Shown piece after piece: positions 38,116 to 49,917 of a stretch of DNA of 64,000 nt. Positions within the stretch are counted from its first letter, which is position 1. The number at the start of each line of letters is the position of its first letter. The position numbers were made by a program, and so were the translations under genes. Source of the DNA: the human T2T-CHM13v2.0 reference genome, Homo sapiens. The notes below the pieces were generated by a model. The model made no database searches and was not told the origin of the DNA. It saw nothing but the letters and a program-made list of their open reading frames with translations. The stretch lies in the NCBI RefSeq assembly GCF_009914755.1, contig NC_060929.1; one strand, 5' to 3'.

Positions 38116-41100
38116 AGAGAGAACATGATGAACTGACTGATTTGGTTCCCAAATCAGAGAAATTGCACTGTAGTTCTGAGAAGGCGTAGAGAGAATTCTC
38201 ATAACTGCTGGGCGTCGAGGACCTTCCACGTAGAGTATGAGGTGTACAAGCCCAGGCAGCTGCTAGGAACATGGATGGGGGGAGGCAGGAGAGGAGGAAA
38301 GGAGCATGATGACCTCAGAAGGCCAGCTCTGTTGCCTGTTTGGGGACTAGGAGTTGGGGGATGTGTGGTGCTGGAGCTCAGCTGACAAGGCTCAGGGAAC
38401 CTTGAAGGACAGAGCTTTGACTTGTCTTGCTTCCCTCATGGCAGGAAATGTTATGCCCGATTTGAGAGTTGAGCATGCACTTGATCCCAGAGCCACATGA
38501 CACCCAGGCAACAGGCACCTAATATATACAGTCACATATTAATGAATACAGGAGAAATCTAGAATTAATTAATCAATATTAATACAACACAATGTGATGC
38601 AATATAATACAACACAAGTGAACACTGCAAATAACAAACAAGGGCGCCTCCTGGTTGCAGTGCTCCTCTGACCCACTGCAGCGCTCTCCCTCGCAGGACC
38701 TCATGCCTGCCTTCCTGCTGAGAGGGTCTTGGGGGCGGTCCTGGGAAGCCCTGGACACGCGCTGTTATGGGCTCTTTTCCTGGAAGTCTTTGGCCCACAG
38801 CACTGTGGGATTTTCATTTATTTTCTATCCCTCCTCCAGGACCCCCAAAGGCTCTGGTGACTTCTTAGGGGCTAAATTAAACGTAGCAATGTGTGTTCAA
38901 CATGAACTTCTTACTATGTGGAAAAAAATCAGCAATGATTTTACTTTTACCTACAGCTAAATTAAGTTGCTTTGCCAATCTAGGCAGGAAAACAAAATCC
39001 TGAAAATATAATTTGTATCTTATTTGAAGAACTTACCTCAATTTAAGCACTTATTTAGAATTGGAAACATTTGGGCATTATTTCAGTCTGTGCCGTTAAA
39101 ATAATAGTTTCAGAATACCAGGAGCCCGTCAGTTTTATAGGTACCACCAGCTAAATAGAAAATAAGGAAACAAAGTATGCTTCAACAATAAAAAAGTGCT
39201 GATTTATAAAATCGCTAATTTTCCTAGAGATTATTAAAAACTGATACAAAATGAAGCAGATTGGTTTATAGTTATTTGGGGGTTTTTTTTGGTATGGTAA
39301 TTCAAAATAAATAAGAAGTATGTACAACGGTTGAAGTTATTTAACATAAACTCGGTGGGTTAAATGATCATGCTGATTTACTTCAAAGCCCCAGACTCTG
39401 TCTTCATAACAAAAAACAGAGAGAAAAAATTCACGTAGGAAACCATATACTTTCCTTATCATAAAGTTTTATTATGGAGTATAAAAGACTACAAAGTACA
39501 ATATGCTTGACCTCTTAATAATCTATGTTTCCCCCGCAACTAAAGTTTCCCATGAATTATCTGAGAAGACGGCTGCCTCGTTCATAGAATATCACTCCTC
39601 TCCTCTGCCTTTATCCAACAGTATATCTGATTCCTTCAGTGTGGGAAGAAACATGGATGTGATAGACTATTTTCAGCTCTCTCTTTGATCCCCTTTGAAA
39701 GAGGATTTTATAAATTGCATTGTGTAGAGCCACATGCTGTCATTTTCTCTACTGCTATCTGTATATTCAAGTTTAACTGCAGAAACTCTTTTGGTGACTA
39801 GCAGGACTTTGAAAGTTGTTCTCATCTTAAAACTGCAGGGCTATTTCGATGGCCCCTACTCTTTACGATGTAATCTATGTACTGTTTTCTTCCAAGGTAT
39901 GCTTCTACCAAAGAAAAAATCATGCTACTGTTTCCAAACACACTCTACTCAATGACTGTCTCATGTTCAGTAGAGCAAGAGCACCGGCATTCAAAACTAA
40001 AATTTCTACTCAAGAGCCAATCCTCGTGGGAACATATGTGCAGAGGAGATCAATGATGAAGGTAAGTTTATGAGAGCAGTTAGTTGGTCAACATTCAGCC
40101 CAGTATAGCTGTTGTCCAAACCACAAGCTGGATATTGCTAAGATTCATGTGTTTAAGGTCATTGTGTCTTTCTTTCTAGCTTATGAAAAAGAAGTATTAG
40201 TCACCTCAGAGCTATCCAATTGTTCTCTAACAATTGGCTTAAATTATTAGATGATGTATAGTTGACTAAAAAAGGCTGTGAGTGCTTGGCTTGGCAGCGT
40301 TTTTCTTATTTATTACATTTTTTAAAAAGAATTAATGTGCTATTTAAATTAGTAAGCTCCGTGGAATGGATATCCTTTGTTTAGGGATGAGTGACTCAAG
40401 GTTTCTCTCTGTTCTTGGCCAAGAGCCCTGCTGTCTAGGTAGAGGGGCAGGCGCTCTTGTGGGGGTACCATGAGGCTCCCTGACTCCCATCCTCTTGGAA
40501 GACAGAGTTCCAATGCTGCTTGCAGGTAGGGAGAACACTCTTATACTCTTCAAGGGGCCACGGAACTTTCCTGGGAGAAAGGGACCCATGCGGTGGCTCC
40601 CTGATTTTGTGGTTCAGTATTTTAGAGCTACGTGCAAAGGCTGTGATGCAGGAGTGAGGGCTGCATTGAAGAAAGGGTCCCAGCTCCCAGGAGGGCTCCC
40701 AGCGGGCTCTCAGCATGAGACTTGGGCTCACAAGGATCTTGGATTGTGCAGAGGTGGGTGGATTGCAACTGGATTGCAACCACTCAGGCTGGCCGGTGCT
40801 CCATTCCTCCTCTCACGCTTTCCCGGGGTAGACACCTTGAACGCCAACAAGCGATTGTCACCTGGAGGCTGAGTGTGGCACCCTGACAGGCTTTTTCTGG
40901 GGTCCTGAACACCTGGAAGGCACAAGTCCCTCTGCAGTGGAGGTGCCATTAGGTGGGTACAGTGAGAGTCAGGGAGAAACGCCCTGCAGGCTGATGTCCC
41001 AGGAGGCACACTTTCTCTCAGTCATTCCCAGGAAGTGTGTTCCCTTAGGCTGAGAAAATCCCCAGACTTGCAACCATTCTGGAAAGGGCCATAGCCCCTC

Positions 41101-41300
41101 GCTAAGGGGCCTCCCACACATCTGAGTGTGGCCTTGCCTTACCCTATGAGTGATACAGAGCGTATCAACCCCAGCCCATCTGCCCAAGTCACGCTGTGAG
41201 TCTTCATGTCCTCCTTGTATGCCTGGGCCTGTCCTGTGGTTTCTGAGTTCATAATGGGAATCATGTTTTTGCACAATACGCTTCAGTCATTCCCTCCTGA

Positions 41301-41600
<300 letters not shown>

Positions 41601-43454
41601 TCTCCCTCCTGATTTTGTATAAAGTGACCTGAGCACCACCTGCCTCTCATTTCCCACTTTGCGTTTTCTGACAGATGTCCTTTTTGATGGGCTGTGGGCC
41701 TTCAAGGAGAAGCACACAGATAACAAATCCATTACCTGTGTGGAGTGGACATGAGCTTTCAAAACCCAGATAAAAGGGCAGAGTTTCTCCAATGTGGACC
41801 ACTCCACAGGGCATTTTCAATGGATCCTTTGCCCAATTATAGATATCTATATTTAGATATCTAATCTGTCTTGTAAAACTAACATTGAGGTGATGTGCTT
41901 TTTTTCTCATCACCCTCTAATAGGACATGAAAACCCAGCAAATCTATATCCCACAATCCTGACAGTCCAGCTTTGATTCTGACAGGTTTTCTTGCAACAC
42001 ATGGTTTTCGTGAATGAATCAATAGAATGGAGATCAGTGAAGCGGGCTTGGGAGTGGCGGGCTCCTCCCGCACTGTGAGCACGTGTTTCTTGCTCGGAGG
42101 TAGGATAGTTCAGAAAAAGGATACCCTACATTGTAGCAAGGACACAATTTGTGTCTTAAAGTCTTATGTGTATTCAGATCATTAAGTTTTTAGAAATTAT
42201 GATGGGAAAGACTTCGTAGAGTTGGGGTAGGGAGGACCCTACCATTCCCTTATGAAGAACAGCAGTCAAGCAAGGCCATCAACTCACTGCTGCTTCTCTA
42301 AGGATAAAGTCGGATCAAAGGGGTCAGAATTTTGTAATTCCTGATGTTCTTCTGAGAGCAGTGAGTGTTACCCTTACTCAGGAATGTTCTCTGCTGGAAC
42401 ATGGTTACTCTTTGTCTAGGTGTCATGATCCAGATGGTATAAATATTTTTTAAAATGATAGTTTACCTCATGTTAAAATGGCTCAAATAAAGAAAATTTT
42501 GAGTTTTCTTTAGTGGAAGTTGAATTAGCATATTAAGTTAACTAAGCCATTGGCAACGTTTATTTACAAAGAGCATGTACTCAATGGGGGAGATATTCGC
42601 TGTTTTATTGTTGATGTTTTAGTTTGCTTTGCTTTGCTTTTATCTATAATGAATAATTCATGAATCCCAATCCATCTTGGTTGACCATTAATGCTCCTAG
42701 GCATGATCATAAACACACAAAACATGGGCTCAGGGATATAAAATAATTTGCTGAAGCCAGTTGGAAAGCGCAGAATCAGGACCGAAGCCCAGGTCTCTAG
42801 ACCCTGTTCTTTCTACTTGTTGATCTCTTTGGAAAAATTATCAATCTTCCAAGCATGATTTTTAGTGTTTTCTATTTTATCAATATTTTCTACTGCTGTG
42901 GAAGACACACTCAATGTTTTAACTAAAAGAGGTATATCTTTAATAAATCGGTCACATAATTTCTTTCACAAAATCACTTTTTTGCACAAAAACTTTTCAT
43001 TTACCAACTCACTTCCTAATGGAAGGGATCCCCCTGATGCACGTGCGTGTGTGATCTGGATGGGTTTAGACAGTCAGAGCATTGTTGGCTGTCAATTTCC
43101 TTTTGAGAAAGGGGCTGCCTCCATGCCTATTCTTCAGGAGTTGAGCTGTTGTTACCTGCTCCTTCTCTACTTCTCTCAAGGGCTGTGGAACCAGATGAGA
43201 ACTTCCTGTAACCTGCTCGCTGAGTAGAAATCCTCCCAGGTTCACCTTCAAAATACAGATTTTTCTCTTTTCCCAGCTGTCCCTCAAGCCCCTCAGTGGT
43301 TCAACCCATTGGGTGTCCGGCCCTGCTCTGGCTTTGACAAGTGCAGGGCTTCGTCTGCTGATGCTATCTTGGGTACAGACACTGTCACCCGATGAAGCCT
43401 GCTCACCTGGCCCAGGACTAGCCTCCATGTTTTACTGGGGGATGTACCATAGGA

Positions 43455-43675
43455 GGGAACACTTGGTTTGAATTTTGACCTCAGCATTTACTGTATCAAG
43501 TGATATTGGACAAGTCATTAAACCACTCCATCTTTCAATCTTGTTGATCCTTAAACTTGAGATGATAATATCTGTGGTGCAGGTTCATTGTAAAGGATTA
43601 AATGAAATAATAAACGTAAACTCTTAGCGGAGTTCCTGGCATCTGAGAAGCACAGGATAAACGGCAGATGCTGCT
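43455..43675 (+). mobile_element. MIR (MIRb-like)
   Basis: GGTTTGAATTTTGACCTC...GGACAAGTCATTAAACC...AGGATTAAATGAAATAAT...GTTCCTGGCATC. Confidence 0.75.
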
Positions 43676-44273
43676 TTGATTATCATCATAGTTGTTGTAT
43701 TATATATGGGGTTATTATCTTTTTTCATGTTTGGTGTACAGGGTAGAATCTTTAAGGACAGTGGGTAGGGGCAAACACTATTCTCACCTTGTCAGGAGCT
43801 GAGCATACCACACTATCAGGACCTCACTTAACTGTAAGAAATGCTGATCTTGTAAAGCAGAGCTTAAAGGAAGAAAATAAGGCCCCCAAAATGCCAGATG
43901 AGTGACTGATGTTAAGTCAAAGATGCTAGGAAGAAAGAGCTTTCTGTTGTTTATTTCCCAAAATACAACAATATTGCCATTTGTAAGTGATAACTAAATG
44001 TTAATATTATCAATTTTCAATATAAGAAATTGCACAACTCAAAAGTCACTAAATATTATGAAGTGCTTGTCCAGGACCTTGGACCTAAGTCCTGTAGGGT
44101 CCCTGGTAGTGATGCATGTCAGCACTCTCTGGAGTCTCTCTTGGCCTGGGAGTGTGAATTCTGATGGTTGGGTGGCTGGGTATGTGTTCCAGGACCTCAG
44201 CCAGCATGTCTGGGAACTGCATGCCCGGGGTGAGGAGGCACGCTGGACAAGCATCAGGAGACTTGTCCTTTTC

Positions 44274-44449
44274 GTGTGTCTGTGTGTGTGTGTGTGTATT
44301 TGTGCACGTGTTTGTGCATGTTTGTGTGAATGTGTGTATGTGTGTATGGTTTTGTGTTTGTGCGTGTGTGCATGTGTGTGTGCATGTGTGTTTGTGCAAG
44401 TGTGTGTATGTGTGTTTGGGCGTGTGTGTGTGTTCGTGTGTGTATGTGT
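44274..44449. repeat. Degenerate (TG)n tract
   Basis: Direct inspection. Confidence 0.92.
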
Positions 44450-45019
44450 TTCCTTCTTTGTATAAAGGAGGCTTCTCTGGCTGGAGCTTGACAAGGCAGG
44501 GGAAATATGAAGTGAGTGAAGGCTAGAGGGGTCGAATGATTGTGCTTTAATTGATCATGTTGTAAAGGTCTAAAAAAACCCTCTGCCCTTAAAAATGTCC
44601 TCTATGCAACTTTTTCCATCCTTTCCTGTGTATTGGCATTTATTTTCAGGTGGCTGAGAGATGCCAGGTGTCTCCAGGGCTTCCCTGGGTGGCTGTGAGC
44701 ACAGCAGATCTGCTTGCCAGTTTGTTCCACACGTGGGGGCGTGAGCACGAGCCACCAACATGGATTGGAGCTCTTCTCGGCTGTTTTAAGACTGTTTCAA
44801 GCTGTCCACCATCTTCGGAATTCCCTTTATTCTTCCGAAGTGCCAGTTTCCTATTAGAACCAAAATAGAATCATCATTTTCGTATTTTCAATGGATTCAG
44901 AAACTAAAAATGTTTTCTGGCATCAATTTCTGGGAAAATGTACATGCTAATGTTTTGAAGGGATTTGCATATGGGAACAACTTGCTCTCATGATAAATTT
45001 TTTCTGCATGGGCTCTGGC

Positions 45020-45180
45020 CTCAGGAGTCTGGCCTCAAATCTCAATTCTGAAAATAGGTATGGTAACGATATAACAATAATCATAATAATTATCCCATAT
45101 AGTTGTTTCCAGGGCTAAATAAAATAGTCTATGTGAGTTGCTTGGTGCAACACCTGATTCATAGAAGCCCTCTAAAAATA
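45020..45180 (+). mobile_element. MIR fragment
   Basis: GTTGTTTCCAGGGCTAAATAAAATAG...CACCTGATTCATAGAAGCCCTC resembles the MIR 3' half. Confidence 0.45.
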
Positions 45181-46493
45181 AGGAGCGGAAGGGATGGAAC
45201 GGAGGTTAGAAGACATGATGCATTACCTTTTTAACAGACTTGGGAAATGTGGTTCAAGCTCCATTGGCCATGGTAGTCCTGAGTGCAGTTTGACTTCTTC
45301 TTTTGAGTGGTCTCCACTTCCCTAAGGTGACGTGAGGGTTCTGAGGCTCACGGCACTTTTCAGAAAGAGGTCCCTCACACAGTCTGTTTCTCCTCTTTGT
45401 AGGCACACTGTGCCTCTGATGGGCTCCAAGTCCTGTCAGGAATTGGGACCCTGCTGCCTGGAAGACAGCAAGGTTTCCTTCAATGAGACTCCACTAGGAC
45501 TCCATGTCCTAGGTAAGGACTGGATAATGAGTAATGCTGGACAGGTGAGAGATCACATTGACACATTTGTAGGTAGTGTTTCTAGATAGACACTGAGGAA
45601 AATTATTTAATGTCCTTCTTTAATCAGAGAGATGAGAAAATTAAGGGCCTACTGAGGGCTGAGCTCCCAGCCCAGGGCCCCTCTTCCACCCAAGGAGATC
45701 AAAACAGAGATTCACTTCTCTGTCACCAGATTCAAGGTGGCAATCCTGCTCTATGGGCCACCTTCATGTTTGATAAACCTCCTCTCTTTGAGTCAATGTG
45801 AGCTATCCATCTCTATACGTCAGTGGGGAAAAAGTGGAGTCCTTCTGTTGGTAAGAGCTCAGGCTACACATATCAGAGAGGCAAAGGTGAGGTCAGGGAC
45901 AAGTGTGGTGTTTGAGGTTGAATCCAAAGGAAGTATCATAGAACCAAATATATCTGTTCTGCAAGAGAGACATTCCCCAATGATACTGAATCTGGAAACA
46001 TTTACTTCCTCTCTGACATCCAGGGGGCTGTAAAGCCTCACTCAGAAGGAAAAGCTTAGTGAAAACCCAGCAGGGCAAAAAGCATGTCAGCAGAAAAGGA
46101 GGCATCTCTAGCCTGGAGTAACAGGCACATGCCCTGCAAGGCTTCCCTGCAAGAAGGAAGACACCCTTGCCTTTGTTGGAACTTGCTGAGAAGCTCTGCA
46201 ACCAACACTCGCAGAAGCAAATTACCCTTAGCTATAGAGAGAGCTGTGTTTTCAAAAAGCTGCACATACAAAGTTAATGTTGGGTGAGCTGGGACCCTGA
46301 GAGACTGGTGACTCTGGACCATAGGAATCTCATCATTAACAGGAGGAAGAGCCACTGATGTGGATGACAAATGGCTGAGAAACAGAAGGTATTCAGGTTA
46401 CACAGAACAGGGGTGTGAAAGAGGATGTGGACAGAAGTAGAACAGAACTACTGGTTTCCACTGAGTAACACTTGGCTAAGGGTTTCACAAGGG

Positions 46494-46689
46494 TCTTTTT
46501 CTTTCTTCCTTTCTTTTCTTTCTTTCTCTTTCTTTCTTTCTTTTTCTTTCTTTCTTTCTTTTCCTTCTTTCTTTCTTTCTCTTTCTTTTTTTCTTTCTTT
46601 CTTTCCTTCTTTCCTTCTTTCTTTTTCTTTCTTTCCTTTCTTTTCCTTTCTTTCTTTCCTTCTTTCCTTCTTTCTTTTTCTTTCTTTTC

Positions 46690-46733
<44 letters not shown>

Positions 46734-46755
46734 TCCTCTTTCTTTCTTTCTTTTT
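46494..46755. repeat. ~260-bp pure-pyrimidine (TTTC)n/(TTCC)n tract, expanded Alu tail
   Basis: Only C and T; directly abuts the 3' end of a minus-strand Alu. Confidence 0.95.
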
Positions 46756-47024
46756 GAGAGAGGGTCTCCCTCTGTCACCAGGGCTGGGGTACAGTGTCAC
46801 GATCATGGCTCACTGCAGCCTCAACCTCCCAGCTCAGCCTCTGGAATAGCTGGGATTACAGGTGTGTGCCACCAAGCCTAGCTTTTTTTTTTTTCCATTT
46901 TTTTATAGAAATGGGGTTTTACTTTGTGGCCCAGGCTGGTCTCAAACTCCTGGCCTCCAGTGATCCTCCAGTCTTGGCCTCCCAAAATGTTGACATTACA
47001 GGGCATGAGCTACTGCGCTTGGCC
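46755..47024 (-). mobile_element. AluJ
   Basis: GAGAGAGGGTCTC..ATCATGGCTCACTGCAGCCTCAACCTCC (J-type); small right-arm deletion. Confidence 0.92.
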
Positions 47025-47587
47025 AGTTCTAGCAGTTTCTTAGAGAAAAGACTTGCAAAATATATGACTGCTTCACTGTGTTGGGAAAGATACTGCATGT
47101 TAGTATGTGTTTTGCTGACAGTAAACATCACACTTCTAGCACAGAGTTGGTTTGAGTCAATGCCATAAGCTATATTGAAATTATTTTTGCAGACGGGTCA
47201 AGACATTATCAAGTATACTTTTTGTTGTTGTTGTCGACTTAAGGCCTTATGTTTTAAAAGCCTGCTTGAGTTTCCCAAGCAGCTGTCTGTATGAAGTGGG
47301 AGCAGTCAGCCTGAGTCCAGTGCTGGGACAGGGGAGCAGCTGCCCCTCCTCCCTGGGAGGGCCTCGCCTGCAAACACTGGGCTCCACAGTGGCCTGGGCC
47401 TCATCTCACTCCAAGTGGTGGAAGTTCATTGTCAATTTGCTCCAAATTTGGTTATTCAAACACCTCTGTTTTCCTATCATTCAATTTAGAAAACTTCTTC
47501 AAATACTTCCATTTTCCAAAAAAGAGCTCACTAGGTAGATTGGTAGTGTTTACGTTTCAGAATTAATATGTAAAGTGTATTTAAAAT

Positions 47588-47922
47588 ATGAGTTCATGTC
47601 CTTTGCAGAGACATGGATGGAGCTGGAAACCATTATTCTCAGCAAACTAACACAAGAACAGAAAACTAAACACCGCATGTTCCCACTCATAAGTGGGAGT
47701 TGAACAATGAGAACACATGGACACAGGGAGGGGAACATCACACACCGGGGCCTGTCGGGGAGTCGGGGGCTAGGGGAGGGAAAGCATTAGGAGAAATACC
47801 TAATGTAGGTGACAGGTTGATGGGTGCAGTAAACCACCATGGCACGTGTATACCTATGTAACAAAACTGCACGTTCTGTGCATGTATCCCAGAACTTAAA
47901 GTATAATAAAAAAAAGTTAATA
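47588..47922 (+). mobile_element. L1PA (PA5-PA8-like) 3' end, heavily 5'-truncated
   Basis: ATGAGTTCATGTCCTTTGCAG...GGGGAGGGAAAGCATTAGGAGAAATACCTAATG...AACTTAAAGTATAATAAAAAAA. Confidence 0.93.
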
Positions 47923-47963
47923 AACACCAGGATGAAAAGTCAGGGTGCAAAGTTGACAAAACC

Positions 47964-48625
47964 ATAGATGTTGGCATGAACATGGTGAAATGGGAACACT
48001 TTTACACACCGGTGGGAATGTAAACTTGTACAACCACTATGAAAAAGCGTATGGAGATTTCTTAAAGAACTGAAAGTAGAACTGCTGTTCTATCCAGCAA
48101 TCCCACTACTGAGTATCTGTTCAAAGGAAAATAAGTCATTCTATGAAAAAGACACTTGCATATGCATGTGGATAGCAGCACAATTCTCAATTGCACAAGA
48201 TGGAACCAACCTAAGTGCCCATCAACCAATGAGTGGACAAAGAAAATACGGCGTATATGCACCATGGAATACTACTTAGCCATAAAACAGAACAAAATAA
48301 TGTCTTTTCCAGCAAGTTGGGTGGAGCTGGAGGCCATTATTCCAAGTGAAGTAACTCAGGAATGAAAAACCAAATATCGTATATTCTCACTTATAAGTGG
48401 GAGCTAAGCGTGAGGATGCAAAGGCATAAGAATGATGCAATGAACTCTGGGGCCTCAGGGGCAAGTGTGGGAGGGGTGAGGGATAAACAACTACATATTG
48501 GGTACAGTGTAACTGCTTGGGTGACGAGTGGACCAAAGTCTCAAAAATCACCACTAAAGAAGGTATCCATGTAACCAAAAACCACCTGTACCCCCAAAAC
48601 TATTGAAATAAAAATAGAAATTTTA
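47964..48625 (+). mobile_element. L1PB-type 3' end
   Basis: ORF2 C-terminal remnant (WNQPKCPSTNEW..ICTMEYY) and 3'UTR ending GTAACCAAAAACCACCTGTACCCCCAAAACTATTGAAATAAAA. Confidence 0.9.
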
Positions 48626-49489
48626 AAAAGCCAAGATGCCAAAAGAATAATGCCATGGAATATATTTTGGGCATGGAGAGCTGGTTTGGGCACATATCTG
48701 GTGTGCACTATGAAATGTGTGGACATCTGGTGTACTGGACATTGTGGAAGTGAAGAAGTGGGATGTGTGAGAGGTGCAAGAACCTGGGATAGAACAGCCA
48801 GGGTCCCTGTGGTCAAGGCAGCGGCAAAAGTGTGGAGAGAACAGAAGGTCCTTCCATGCTTCGCCTTCAACTGATCGGTCAGCTGTCCAGGGGTTATTCC
48901 TTTCCACATAGGCACATAGGCACCTTGGACTCAGTGCTGCCAACATCAATGCACAGCCTGTACCCCTCTAACTCTTTTATAGGCCCCCAATTAAAGACTC
49001 CTGATCCAGTTGCCAAGGGCTGTCCACATGTGTCTCCTTGTCTCCACTGCCTTCACTGCCTGAGATCAGGGTCCCCCCAGCCTTTTCATATGGCTTATGG
49101 TTCCAGCCTCCCGACTAGGCTCACTGACTCCAGCCTTGCACATCTGGTCTTTTCCCACAGGATCAACAGGGACATTTCTCAATTGCAGTAGCACCCCTAC
49201 ATTGATAATAGCCTCCGGTGGACCCCTCACCTTCAGGGGACGGTCTAGATGACCTCGATGGGGCTAGAGGATAGGACTCTTGAGTATCTAAACTGAGCAT
49301 GTGTTTCTAACCTCAATTCTGACCTCTCTCTGACTTGCTGAACCCCTTCCCAGAGGACTACTTGCTGCCCGGTCTCCAGATGACCACCTGCTGGTCCTCC
49401 TTAAAGTTCTCCTGCAATCCTTCCTCCAGGTGTCGCAGTCTCCCATGCACCTTCCCACATAACATCTCACCATGCCATGGCTCCATGCT

Positions 49490-49610
49490 ATTCTAACCCC
49501 ATCAGACAGCAAGTCCTTGAAGACAAGCACTATCTGTTCTTGACAGCCTGATTTCTGGGGTCTTCCACGGAGAGTAGTCCAGTGGCGTTTGTGGAATAGA
49601 TGGAAGACAA
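49490..49610 (+). mobile_element. L2 3' end fragment
   Basis: CATCAGACAGCAAGTCCTTGAAGACAAG...GTTTGTGGAATAGATGG. Confidence 0.45.
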
Positions 49611-49769
49611 GACCGTCAAGAAAAGTATTCCAAAAACTAAGTGCTGGCAGTTCTTGTTACAAAGAAGCACCTGAATCAAGTAGACCTCATTGACATCAAC
49701 GTCACGATTATGGGTGGAAACTCCTGCCAATTCAATATGTGAACAGTGTTTTCCTCCTAATGCACCATG

Positions 49770-49917
49770 CACGTGTGTGAACACAGACACACAACACCAC
49801 ACAGGCACTCTCACACACACTTGTACATATATACACTTGCATACACGAAGACACTCACAAATAGCATGCATGTTCACACACATACATACTGACATATACA
49901 AACACACATTCACACAC
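49770..49917. repeat. Degenerate CA-rich tract
   Basis: Direct inspection. Confidence 0.75.

Noticed and set aside
37311-38229. Many overlapping 90-195 aa ORFs rich in H/T/C/V
   Set aside because: Translations of a stop-poor CA/TG repeat; the same applies to ORFs at 43998-44526 and 51926-52515.
38642-38660. CTCF-like motif on the minus strand (CAACCAGGAGGCGC); similar at 49384-49397
   Set aside because: Mismatches at conserved core positions; unsupported without ChIP data.
40760-40781. 11-bp tandem duplication TGGATTGCAAC x2
   Set aside because: Ordinary micro-duplication with no further structure.
46393-46849. K/E/R-rich and F/S/L-rich ORFs
   Set aside because: Artefacts of the (TTTC)n tract.
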